Assembly: GCA_946965045.2 (NCBI GenBank) | Contig: OX337239.1 | Span: forward strand, 1,984,001-2,048,000 | Direction: 5' to 3' | DNA length: 64,000 bases | Source: Epithemia pelagica | Taxonomy: Eukaryota; Protista; Bacillariophyta | Part shown: positions 12,201-23,322 of the stretch, piece after piece | Layout of the letters: every line of letters begins with the position of its first letter | How positions within the stretch are numbered: position 1 is the first letter of the stretch | Notes under the pieces: generated by a model | The model's input: the letters and a program-made list of their open reading frames with translations, nothing else | Told to the model about the DNA's origin: nothing | Database searches by the model: none | Program-made: the position numbers and the translations under genes

Positions 12201-14083
12201 ACAGACTGATCTGTAACTGACGGTAGGGTATGGACTGTCCCGAACTTGATATTCCGAGAGATGGTGACAAGGAAACCCACGCCATTAACATGCATGACAT
12301 CCATGCTGAGAACAACATCTTTGTGTTTGTCCGGGATGGGGACGTCAACGAGTTCTTGGAATTCCACTTTGTGTGGGCGTCTTCGCGTTGTTTTTCCTTT
12401 TAGGATCCCTATGTCGGGTCCAAAGATCTTCATTGCTAACTTGACATCATGACTCGTGAATGGGCAATTCGGAAGTAAATTTGAGTCCAGAATCTTACAC
12501 AGTTCACGGTCACTTGGTCGCCCTACTTTTGCTTGAAGCGACCGGACTCCCTTAGCACGATCAACTTCATTCTCCGTATATCCTTGCTTATTCTTAGACA
12601 CTGTGGTGACTAGGCATGATTTATTATCTGAATTACGCTCAGTATAATACAAGCCCTCCACCTGGTCTCCATTTTTGTCATATACTGTGAATGTATCGTT
12701 GTCGTCGTTGTACTTGATCTTGTGGGTTTTGGTAATGATATAGAATGAGAGGATGTTGACCCAGCCCCCTTGGTCAAACCAGACCGTTCCATAAGGGTCA
12801 AATTTGCCTTGAAGTGCTGTTGTCCTGGATCCCCCATGTCCCCGTATTGCTATCTGATGTGGGGCCTTGGATGGTTGATTTCGTAGAAGTTGTGGATTTG
12901 AAAAGACATGGACTGTTGCCTGGTTGTCGAGTAGGATCCAGGTCTTGGGTATCTTAGTCTGGGAAGTTGAAAGAGAAAGAACAGGTGAGGTTGGAATAAC
13001 AGTTGATATATGGTCAGTATGATTCAAACCTTGTTGATTGGCACCACCTTGGGTGTCGCCTTGATTTGTAGTTGTTGTTGAATCGGTGATGAATGCAACA
13101 CCAGTACCTCCATTTGCATTTGTCGTATCATGTTGACTCTGTTGCTCTTGTTTTCTTGACATTCTTGCATCCATGATTGCTCTAGCGTCGGCCAAGGTAG
13201 CTGGATAAATATTCTGTCCATCTAGGAAGTTGCTATGAAGATGAGCTTCATACTCCTTCTGCTGGCATGCTCGAATGAAGCGATTGGCGATCATTCTTTC
13301 TTGAGCTTCTATTGTATCCTTATCGATGGCGTTGCCAGCACGTCCATTTTTCTTAGCAATCTCTTCAACATAGGCAGCATCACAGAGGATAATTCCAAGC
13401 TCCTCTATCACTTTCACCTTCGCCTTAAACACTTCATAGAACTGGTGAACACTCTGACCGGGATGCCGTTTCAAGTGATAAAAGTCAAACCGGATTCGAT
13501 CCATTGCCATTCCAGTGTAAACTCTCCCAGGCTGGTAGGTGAAGGTAGTTGTTTTTATGAGCTGCAATAACTCAATCCCGTCTCTCTTGGTTTGAATTGA
13601 TCCAAAGTCTTTGTGAGCACGAAGTTTATCCTTGAGGAGTTCTGTTGACTGTCCCAATATAATACTATAGAGAGCAGATCGAAAATCTGCCACTGCATCT
13701 CGCTTATCCACCATTCGCTTGTACTCCATCTTCCAAGCTTCGACTTTGATGTTGGTTGCAGTAGGTCCTGGCTCCGTTGGTGCAACTGGGTCTTGTAGGT
13801 TGAGGTTCTCCACAGCGACTTGAAAATCTTGGTTGTATTTCGAGAACTTGGTTCCGATGTAACCGATTAATAGTTCTATGTTTTTTAAGTATCTCTTCGC
13901 TTGGGAGTCTTCAGCGTAATCGAAAATGCACCCTTTGAGCAAGGGCTCTTGTCCTTCAAATTTACTAGTTGTACCTCCTCGGTTGCGTCCGCCACGACCA
14001 CGGCCTTGGTTTCCTCTACCTCGTCCTTGTTGTCCTTGTCCTCGACCACCTGAGTCCACTTGGTCAGGTCTTGCTTTTGACAT
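9119..14083 (-). CDS. Copia-1 gag-pol polyprotein, interrupted by one in-frame TAG at 11072-11074
   Basis: Protease WILLDNQAT; integrase VLSMDVMHV / LLADGAF / EEHVGEVERYIRTLKER; RT (IKGRGCADG, RALYGTL, WHVDNLKISH); RNase H (WWIDASYA, SSTESELIG, ILYQDNES, MIADFHTKPL). ORFs 11072-14083 and 9119-10936 are in the same frame with only the TAG between them. Confidence 0.93.
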
Positions 14084-14085
14084 GC

Positions 14086-14688
14086 TTATGTTTCTCGGAT
14101 AAGTTTCACGTTGTTGAGTTGTCTTCGATGTTCTTCAAACTTGTTCGTGATTTTGTTCCAAATGCGGACCCAAACTTGCTCGCCCGACTTTGTGTATCTC
14201 ACGACAGTCCCTTGAAGATTGGAAATCCCCCTAGCGTGTTGCGCCAACTTGACAGGAGTGAGGACTGAGACTTTCGAGTGAACTTGAATCACGTCTTCTA
14301 CTTCTTGTTCTTCTGTGTCTTCAACTTCAACTGCTGCTGCTTCAGGTAGTAGTTCACCTCGTTCTGCTTGTCCCAAAAGATGTTCTTCTTCTTCAAGTGC
14401 TGTTCTGTATACTGCTCCTGAGTCGGCTTCAAACTGGTTTCTTGCTTCACGAAGCGCTTGTCTATACCGCGTATTCTCAGTAGCACGTTCCTCTTGATAG
14501 CGCTGTTCTAACTGAGCTTTATCAGCCCAGTACCGGCGGTCCACCGCACGAAGACGGTCTTCGTGGGCTTGTTCCAGCTGGCCGGTCTTGCGCTTTTCTG
14601 TTCGTTGGAGGCGTATAAAGGCAGTTATCAATCTTGAGATTGGACCATCCGCGGGACCTTCAGAACACGGGCCTTCACTATTTGACAT
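14086..14688 (-). CDS. Extra ORF (ORF0, 200 aa) upstream of gag in Copia-1: coiled coil plus a small beta-rich C-terminal domain
   Basis: ATG 38 nt after the 5' LTR; TAA only 2 nt before the gag ATG; heptad-like E/Q/R-rich middle. Confidence 0.7.
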   Translation of the reverse strand: MSNSEGPCSEGPADGPISRLITAFIRLQRTEKRKTGQLEQAHEDRLRAVDRRYWADKAQLEQRYQEERATENTRYRQALREARNQFEADSGAVYRTALEEEEHLLGQAERGELLPEAAAVEVEDTEEQEVEDVIQVHSKVSVLTPVKLAQHARGISNLQGTVVRYTKSGEQVWVRIWNKITNKFEEHRRQLNNVKLIRET

Positions 14689-14725
14689 TCAGTGTAAGCT
14701 GAATGATTGTTTTCTTTTTAAAATA

Positions 14726-14939
14726 TGTTGAAACACAACTCCGGTCGTACCGTACAAGTAACCACTAGAGATGATCTCGTGTTATTTTAAAAAGAATGAG
14801 CCTCCTCTTGGCTCATTTGTTTGTTTCGCCTCGATCTTGTGCCTATGACTCTGACGTGTCACCAAAGTCCATTGGGCCTTTTCCTCTTCAGTCGCACTTT
14901 TCGTTTCCTTTGCCTTACTCGCATCCACTTGTCCTAACA
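14726..14939 (-). repeat. 5' LTR of Copia-1
   Basis: Direct repeat of 9063-9276. Confidence 0.97.
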
Positions 14940-16663
14940 GAGTTCTTCGAAATGTACCCTCGGTATCGGTGACCATCTATTAATCGTATGTACGTCGTCC
15001 GCAAACTTTCTCCCCAATGGAGATTTTTTCTTGATTCAAATCCTATTTTCCATAAAAAATCAGAAAGGACACGCCGGCATTTCCGTGTCACGTTTGAGCG
15101 GCCCAGCGTGCATGACGGTTGCTGTTGGTAGTTGTGCACGAATCTCGCACACGCTCCCAAAAAAAAAAAACCTCCATTGCCAATGGCAATTGGCAATGGC
15201 ATGGTTTGTCAGCTACCATGCAACCCAGGTACGTCAAGAAAGACAGAGCTGCAACTAGGCTAAGGATGAGCATCTCAATAGTCCCTCCCTGTTGCTTTTG
15301 TTTGCATTCACCCCATGAGCCCCATTTTCTGGACTCGTTGCGACGTCCCACTTTTCACCAGTCCAATTTTGCTTGTTAGTCTTGATGATTGATACATTTG
15401 TAGCCCTTTTACTTTGATACTAGTCTAGGTAGAATTCCTGTTCTTTATTTTATCATAGGAGTAGGGGTAAATATCAATGTCAATGGTGTCCGGCTCTAGC
15501 AGGGATTCTCTTGCCTTTATTGTCTGCATTCTTCTCCTTCCTCGTCTTCACCATGAAGAAGATATAGCAAACACTACTCCTATGAATTGGTCTCAATGAG
15601 CAATAGCCTAGAAAGAAAGTGGTGACAATCAGCCTCATGCAGTTTGCCATCTTCAACTTGGATTACTACTCCAAGGAGTAAGAAGAAACCAAAGCGTCCC
15701 CTACCTAGTAGACAACGCAAACCATGGATGTGACAAGCCCCACAATGAGAAAATGGGCGAGAACACTACCAATCTATCAATTCTAAGAAGAAACAGTAGG
15801 CACAAACAACAACTGAAGGAACGACGCGCTTTGTCTACAGTCTACAATGATTCGGTCCGCGGTTCATGTGCCATGGCCGATGGTCTTACCGGTACCGTGA
15901 TAGGGCATAGGGCCCTCCAGAGTTTGCTCTCACGGTTTTTATGGGCCGTCTCTCGCGAGCGTCTGGAATTTGAATCGTGTTGATCAGAGGACGCCCGCCA
16001 ACCTTCAACTGTCACTTGCACGCCGGCCATTCTACATGACGATTTGGAGATTTTATGGGGGAGAAGGACAGAGTTCTGTGCGGACGACGTACATACGATT
16101 AATAGGTGGTCACTGGTCACCGATACAGACAGGGTGTGGAAGTTAAAACCGTATTTTTTGGAACTAATTTATATCCAATAAGTCTATTTCAAATAATACC
16201 ATAAATTAAATACCTTCTTTAAGTTGCATTCTCAATAACTGTGATTAGACTTACTCGTCATAATTGTATATCTTAATATCAACAAATAGAATTCAAATTT
16301 AACGCATGTAATAATAGGCTTCCAAATTAACTTCAACTTATCTACCCCTGACATTTATTCCATGCGAATGAACTTATTTTGGTTAATTGGTTCCACTATA
16401 TTTCCAACTTAATTTCTTATGCATTGTAATACTAACAAATTAACTACGAATTAACACTGACTGCCTCATTTCCAACTTGACACGAATTAAGTTGCAACTT
16501 TAAGGCCTAACTACCAGCAAAAAACATGCATTTCACCCATTGCGCGCCTCCTACTGCTGTGCATGTCCCTCGTCCCTTTCCTTACATCCAAGTATTTGAA
16601 AGCAAGAACAACCAACACTGCTGCACCTCCCTCGTATTACCTCCAACCCCAATTGGTTAGAAC

Positions 16664-18481
16664 ATGAATAGTCCCGACGACTGTTCTATATTACTAATGG
16701 AATCTTCCTGTACACCCATTATCACGCTTCACCAATCTCCATCATCTTTCATTGAGTTCATACTGGAAAACGAAAGATACTTTCTGACAGACTCGTTTCA
16801 TTCAACATTGAGAAGTATTAAAGATCACGTTCTTCTGTGGCTGAGTCAAAACAATGGAGAGATATACTACTACAACAATGATTTGGTTACTCACTGCAGC
16901 CATCCATGTTGTCTGCCGTACCAAATGGTTTTTTCGGACGCGATAAATGTCCTTTGCAAGCTGGTACACTGCGGGTTATATCCCAACCAAGATATTCAAT
17001 CCGGATCAGATGCTCCCTCTATTACATACAAGATGGAATCACAGCATAATGACACTCCGATTCTGATTCTACACGGGCAATGCCTTCCTACATTCAAGAT
17101 ACACAACAATGCCGACTTATCATCCATAACTTCATGTTTCAACACCAATCCATCATTGCCTGTCCGTGACTGTTTTCTCCTTTGGATGTCTCGTCATAAT
17201 GGCAGGGTCGCTGTTGCGGATGTTGATGACAAGGTGGTTTCATCACAATTTTACCCTACTTCTTTATCTCCCATCATCGTGGCCTTAAAAACGTTTCTCC
17301 TAAGTTTGATTAGACCACACGACAACGAGGCTGACCAAGTGTTAGAAGACACCATTACTACTTCCCCTGAACAACAGACACGACAGAACAGAACTGAATC
17401 ACCGACAGGAATTAGCCATGACCTTCCTTCGTCTCCTCCACCCAAACCCCATTCACCCAAGCCCCATTCTTTTTGCAGCCCAAGCAATATTCTTACGTGA
17501 CAAGACAAGAGTATATTCTCTCAAGCCCTTCTAGATGCCTCCAAAGCAAGAGTCGCAATCGAATATGACAATCAATCTCGTCACATGCCTGGCACCCCAG
17601 CTATCACCAAAGAATTCTCACTGCCATCATTGCCAGCCAAATTCCGAAAACCAACACCACAGACAATCAAAGCGAGACATTGTTTTGTAAACAATTTGCG
17701 CAAATTGCACTCATACTTCCAATCAAAAGGTCTCCATGCACCGAGAGATACATGGGAGTCTTGGATCGACGACGCCATTGATATGGAATATGAGTATGAG
17801 TTTGATCGAGGTTTCATGTGTTTGGTGGTTATTCTCATGAGTTCTAACACCTCTGATCAAATCTTATCAACGGTGGTACCTAGATTATTCCAGTCAGGGG
17901 TTATATCTGCTCCAGCAACCGTGGAAGTTGCCAAAATGTTTGGAATGAACGCGTTCTCAAGTCTGTTCTCAGAGAGTGGCCGGTTTTATCAATGTGCAGA
18001 GCGCATCGTAAACGCGGCAGACTATTTCATTCAACGACACGATGGTCGCATACCATCTAACATTTCCTTGCAAGAACTTCTTACTCTCCCTGGAGTAGGA
18101 TATAAAACGGCCGCAATCACCCTCGCGTACTCTTTTGGACGGGTTGAAGCAATCCCATCCGATGTGCATGTCATCAGATGCTGCCAATTACTTGGCTGGA
18201 TCCCCAAATCCTGTAACGATGGAATGCTCTGTTCCCTATTCTTGGAATCTTGGTTAGTCAACGAAGTATGGGGCGAGATAAATCCTCTTTTCGGTGCCAT
18301 TGGGCAAATTTTCAATGTGCCTGCATTGAAATTAGAGAGTTGCAGGATTCTGTCAGAGTATTCATCCAACTTTGATGGGAACGACGTTTACTCAACAATA
18401 TACAACACCGATGTTACACAGAAGCAAATGACCTACATGCATAATCAAGTCGTCACTATCATACGAGGCTATGGGAAGTGA
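16664..18481 (+). CDS. hAT cargo: duplicated unknown N-terminal domain fused to an endonuclease III-like HhH-GPD DNA glycosylase/AP lyase; one in-frame TGA at 17498-17500
   Basis: ILMSSNTSD, HhH ELLTLPGVGYKTA (catalytic Lys), IPSDVHVIR (catalytic Asp), LESWL...WGEINPLFGAIGQ; no CX6CX2CX5C Fe-S motif. ORFs 16664-17500 and 17585-18481 are in frame, and the 28 codons between them are open. Confidence 0.88.
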
Positions 18482-18632
18482 CGATAAAAAGTTTCCTACT
18501 AATATTGTTTTTCTTACTTGCGACTACGTCTGTCCTAAATGGTTAGTATTCGATATTCTTCGATTTCTGTTTCTTGTTTTCTGTTTTTTCAGTTGATGCT
18601 TCTCGTGTACTCTGTCATTATACATTCGGTCT

Positions 18633-21600
18633 TCAATCCTTGTTCAATCGACGTGATCGACGTGGTGAGTCGACTACATCACCATTACCGTTTTGATCAG
18701 TACGAGCTGGAGTGGATTGCCCGACTGACTGGACTGACTGGGATATTGCCGATGGAGCTGTCGTTGCGGCTGGAGCTGAAGCTGGAACTGGAGCAGTCGA
18801 TGCCCCAGTGTCAATAGACCGCCTTGCTTCTGTGGTTGAAGTTTGTGGAGGTGTTTCGCCTGTTGCAGTGTGTTCTGCCATTACCTGTTCAGGGGGCGCC
18901 TTCTTTGCTCCAAACCGCAAAGCCAACGATTGCTGTTTCATTTTACGTTTCTTCTGTGAAGAAAGGCCGGTTCTTTTGGTTTTACTTGTACTTCCCTTTC
19001 GCTTTTGGGAACTGGTCTGTACCTTTTTGGAAACTGATGCTGATTGCGAATGGAACGAAGAACTTTCCGTAACCTTACTTGCGTTTGCCAAACTCTGCTC
19101 ACCTGTGACTGATTGCTCTCCAGTGGCACAAAGTCGGAGACTTTGCTGCAGTGCTTGAAGTTTCTGAAGTTCCGTTTTCCGTTCTTCCACAACTTCGACC
19201 ATTCTCTCGTCCGAATCCTCATTATCTTTCTCTCCTTCAATCTTTCTGTTCAATGCTTCCATCTGTTCCCTATCAGTTTTATCCTGTACCAAGTCAATCA
19301 GTTCCACATCATCCCATTCTTCTACCTTTTCCTCGTTGTTATCGCCCAGTTTCTTGAATTTGTACGTTTGCCCGGACACTCCATTCTCTAAAGCACTTCC
19401 TTGAACGACAAATCCTTGTAGGTCCGTTGTTCCGTCTAAAATCTTCTCGAGCCGTCCTAGATCACCTTGTGTTGATGAATCACTCACTTCCACTATTTCA
19501 CGGGCAGTATCCATTACTTCGATAGCACCTTCAGGTGTAGAACCATCCTCCACTCCTGTCACAGCAGCAGCAGCAGCAGCAGCTCTACGACCTTTTGGTT
19601 TGGCTTTGGAAGTGGTTTTGCGTAACTCTGGTTTCACTTTGTTGTTAGACATGTCCTTTTCTCTTTCGCTTATTGTTTTCCGGATTGGACGACTTAGACT
19701 CTCGATGGTTCTCAATTCAAAAACCTTGTTGCCTTGTCGATTCATTAGTGGATTCCTGTCGAACCAAGAGCTGGTAGAAAAAACTCTCTCTTGGTACGCA
19801 TTCGTTGCTGGTTTCGAAATCCATATGATTGCACTAGGAAAAATCTTGGGAAACTGTGTGCGATTGGCCATCCACCACTGCATCACATTGAAGTATTGCG
19901 CCACGTCATGGAACTCTTCCTTGGCACAGGCGGTGAGAAACTCATCTTGCTCCTCATCTGTCCATGTCTGGGAACAAGCATCATACAGGGGTGTTGGAAA
20001 TTGTTGGATAAGGTCTGCCCATGAGTGCGAAACTACAGTCTCACAAAAATTAAGATAGGCACCGAATTCATTGTCACATTGCTTGTAGAATTTTGCTCTT
20101 TCTGTCTGATCTCGTCCATTCCCCGCTGCTTGGCCAGTCATAGAAGTTAGTGTGGCATGTTCTCTTTCTCTAGTCCTTCGGTGTGCTTTGAAAATGTTGA
20201 ATGCATCCATCACGTTAGCAACACTGTTTGTTGGTTGCGCTTGACTTGCGTCTCTTAAATCATCAGTACTGGCGTTGTCCTCCACATGAGGTGTTTCTTG
20301 AGTGCTTCCAGAGACAGAGGATGTTGACGATGTTGGAGATGTAAATTTTTGTACCACATCCATGACAAACTGGCGACGAATCCTTTTGATGTCGTTGTCG
20401 TCATAAACTTCTATGTCCTCCTTCATTATAGATGGTCCAAGATAGCACAGAAACGGGTGACCAAGCATGGCATGTTCTGCATGAACATCATCCCCTTCCA
20501 TCATGTAGGTCTTGTATTCGATCAAAATCCTATCAATCAGTTTCTTTGTTGATTCGAGTGCGTCATTATAGGGCAACATGGTCCGCTTCGATTGCAATGA
20601 GTGGATTGTTTCCGATGCATCCCAGGGTGTCACTCCTGGAGCATCTCTGTCCAGTACCAGAACCGGTATGCCCTTTTCTTTCATGATTTCAACACAAAAC
20701 TTGCTGTTGTAAATTTCCAACAAGGATCCTGCCGAGGCAGAAGGATCATCCACTTGCAGTGACATGGCACATTTCTTCAACGGTAATAGAACACCTTCAA
20801 ACTCTGCAAGGGCTTGCCATTCACTCTCTTTAGGGTACTTTGAGACAAAGTCCTTGTCTTTGTTTGTCTCAAAACTCTGTTGTTTTTGTATGCATCCATG
20901 GTATGCTTGTCCCGAAAGAGGTCATGCGTCATAATGATGCATCCTGTTACTCTGGTTGTATTAGGCATTTGGATCTTGATTATGTGTCGGTGATTCTTTT
21001 GAGCATATTCTTTAAGACGCTGGAATCGCTTGGGGGACCGGGAACTCATAAGCCAGGATGAGAACTTGAAAAAGATTTGATATATCTTCATAAAGGAAGG
21101 ATTGCTGTCGATTACTTCCCCATGCCTCTTGCGTACTGCTAGACCGGTGGCGTGTTTGAGTATCAATTCCGCTCTGTGCATGTTGCACTTTCCACCACTG
21201 TTGTTTCCAATAATGTATTTGCCAGCAAGGACGGCGGAATTAGTGTTGTCGTTCACAGAACTGCACAAGTCAGTCTGTGTGAACGAAACATTCTTCAGGA
21301 TTTTAGCCGTATGTTCCGCAACCTGGACAGCAGTATGCCCTTTGACATTAGCAAGACCAATGGGGATTTTATAGTTTTCACCGTTTCTTGGATCAGTGAA
21401 GACCAGGGTTATCCCCAAAATATCCTTGTTGTTGCCTTGCCATATGTCGTGACATATGGTGGCAAAGGCAATGGGCTTTCCGCATAACAAGGCATATGCG
21501 GCTCTAACCTTATTTCCCAACATGGTCACTGTTGCGACAAACTCATTGTATGATAGCAACCGCATTTTTGTTATTGCCTTGTTGCTGATTTCACAGTCCT

Positions 21601-22591
21601 TGGGAGAAAGTTTTGGGGCATTGGCTATTGCACATTGCAGTAGTTCTCGGAAAGAGTCTTTCTCCACAGTTCGAGCAGGGAATCCGTTGTCGTTCACAAA
21701 CCTGTATATGGCTTGGTGAAGTAAGGACTTGGCATCCGAGCGAGATACCATTGTTCCAGAGTATTGCTTCATCGTTGATTGTGTAGGATCATTATTGGTA
21801 TCATCATCTTTCAAACTTGCGCTGATGTGAGGGTGTTTAGCATCGTGGTGTTGCTTGATGTTGGAGGAAATGCCATCACCCAGGCCAAGAAGACACTCGT
21901 CAAGGGATTTATTGGGGTTCTCAAAACATAGAGGGCAGACAACCATCCTCTTGTTAATGGTCTTATAAGTGTCGTTTTCACGTATGTCATCTTCGGAGGC
22001 CTGTTCTAACATGTCAAAACAGCGAAGGAGACCCTCCATTCTCAAAAGACTGTCCTCGGAAATCTTGCCTTTGTGTGTCGACAGCTTCTTGTAGTCAATG
22101 TATCGAACCGTGCCCCAAAAAGATCTGTAGAAATTACGAAATTGTTTTGATCTTGCAATAGATTGGAACGAAATGAACGACTTTTCAAGTTTTATTTCTT
22201 CTCTTCGTTCGGGAGAAACAGATTCATCATCTTCGTTATCGTTGTCGTTGTTTTCGTTGTTCATATTGAGATTCACGTTGTCTGATGGATTGGTGTTGTT
22301 GTTAGTTGCACGGTTGTTGGGAACTGATGATTCCAAAGATGAAACAGAAGCTTGGCGAGATTGTCCTCTTGTGTTGGTAGGGGGCGGGGACATTGCAATG
22401 GTTGGAGGAGAAAGAGTTGAAACAGCCGGTGAATTATTGATACTCGTTATGACAAGCCCCAAGAGACCCTGAGACATGTGGGTGAGAAGTGAGAAGGTCT
22501 CTGGAGTCTCGAATATGCAAAACAGTTGGCGAGTTGGGAGTGGGAAGCACCTCTTTTCTATACAGACTGGAAACTGGCAACTGATGGTCAC
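18633..22591 (-). CDS. hAT transposase (about 1300 aa) with a 1-nt frameshift near 20880
   Basis: BED-like CPLC...IKQHHDAKH, D1 ICHDIW, D2 VNDNTN, CxxH KCNMH, C-terminal hATC dimerisation domain VMQWW...FPKIF...PATNAYQERVFS. Correcting the shift gives SFETNKDKDFVSKYPKESEWQALAEFEGVLLPLKKC. Confidence 0.92.
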
Positions 22592-23322
22592 TGGTCACTG
22601 GTCACTTCATTCATGTCTTGAATGAGTGATGAGTGGCGAAACATGTCGAGAGGCAAGAGGAATATCAAGCAACATGTGGAACGAAAGAAGTGATCTTAGT
22701 GTGTGTTAGGAAGTAATTGACTGGAGTATATTGTAGGCTGGTAGGAGAGAACAAAGAAAATTGGAAATAGATTTGTACAGAAAAGTTGGAACCGATGACT
22801 ATGAGAATAGACTTTTGATAGTAAGTCAGAGGAGAATTGCGAGGAAATTGAATGCAACTTAGGGTGAATGTAAAGTTGCAATTTATCGACGAAAAGTCAT
22901 AGAAATATTCGTTGCGAATGAATTATAGACGCGAAGTTGGTAAAAAAAGGGGGGAAATGAACTAAAAATGGTGAAAATGCAACTTTTTTGGTAAAAATAT
23001 TTGGAAATTGGAAAATGGCCAAGTTCAACTTCCACACCCTGGATACAGAGCCAACAGCAGGGTCAGCACATGCTCCGCGCGCCCGATAACATACCCCCTT
23101 AGAGAGATAACAACATCTCCCGGAAGCACGCAAAAGATTTTCCCGAACTGTGTTGATTTTGAGGGGAGCGGGACTGACAATAAAAATCTTCTCAACGGAC
23201 ATCTCCGGGATTCGGGTCATGTTTGGTGCGCGATCCCATATGTCAGCTTATCCCTATCGTAATCCCTACTGACTCCAGTAGAGGTAAAACTATTAAGAGA
23301 TGATAGAGAAGTAAACTAGGTA

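Larger units (their letters stand above)
9063..14939 (-). mobile_element. Full-length Ty1/copia (CoDi-like) LTR retrotransposon, Copia-1
   Basis: 214-bp LTRs 9063-9276 and 14726-14939 (TG...CA, 2 mismatches), 5-bp TSD GAGTT on both sides, copia domain order gag-PR-IN-RT-RH, PPT-like GAAGGAGTG before the 3' LTR. Confidence 0.97.
16130..23041. mobile_element. Complete hAT DNA transposon (6912 bp) carrying a cargo gene
   Basis: Perfect 15-bp TIRs CAGGGTGTGGAAGTT (16130-16144, 23027-23041), 8-bp TSD GATACAGA (16122-16129, 23042-23049), AT-rich subterminal regions, hAT transposase inside. Confidence 0.96.
14959..23051. mobile_element. MITE-like element (about 1.18 kb, about 45-50-bp imperfect TIRs) whose right TIR is interrupted by the hAT insertion
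   Basis: 14959-15003 (CTCGGTATCGGTGACCA-TCTATTAATCGTATGTACGTCGTCCGCA) is the inverted complement of 16079-16129 plus 23050-23051, apart from a 7-bp indel and a few mismatches. No clear TSD. Confidence 0.7.

Noticed and set aside
15174-15199. CCATTGCCAAT-GGCA-ATTGGCAATGG hairpin
   Set aside because: Isolated 11-bp palindrome inside a MITE; no functional context.
17585-18481. Calling the glycosylase the host NTH1 gene
   Set aside because: It lies inside TIR/TSD-defined transposon boundaries, lacks the Fe-S motif and is divergent.
22585-22605. (TGGTCAC)3 upstream of the transposase, matching (TGGTCAC)2 at the hAT insertion site (16107-16120)
   Set aside because: Short, and similar TCAC(A/T)G-type repeats occur in other intergenic regions of the window (e.g. 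near 30890 and 62390); probably a promoter motif or chance.
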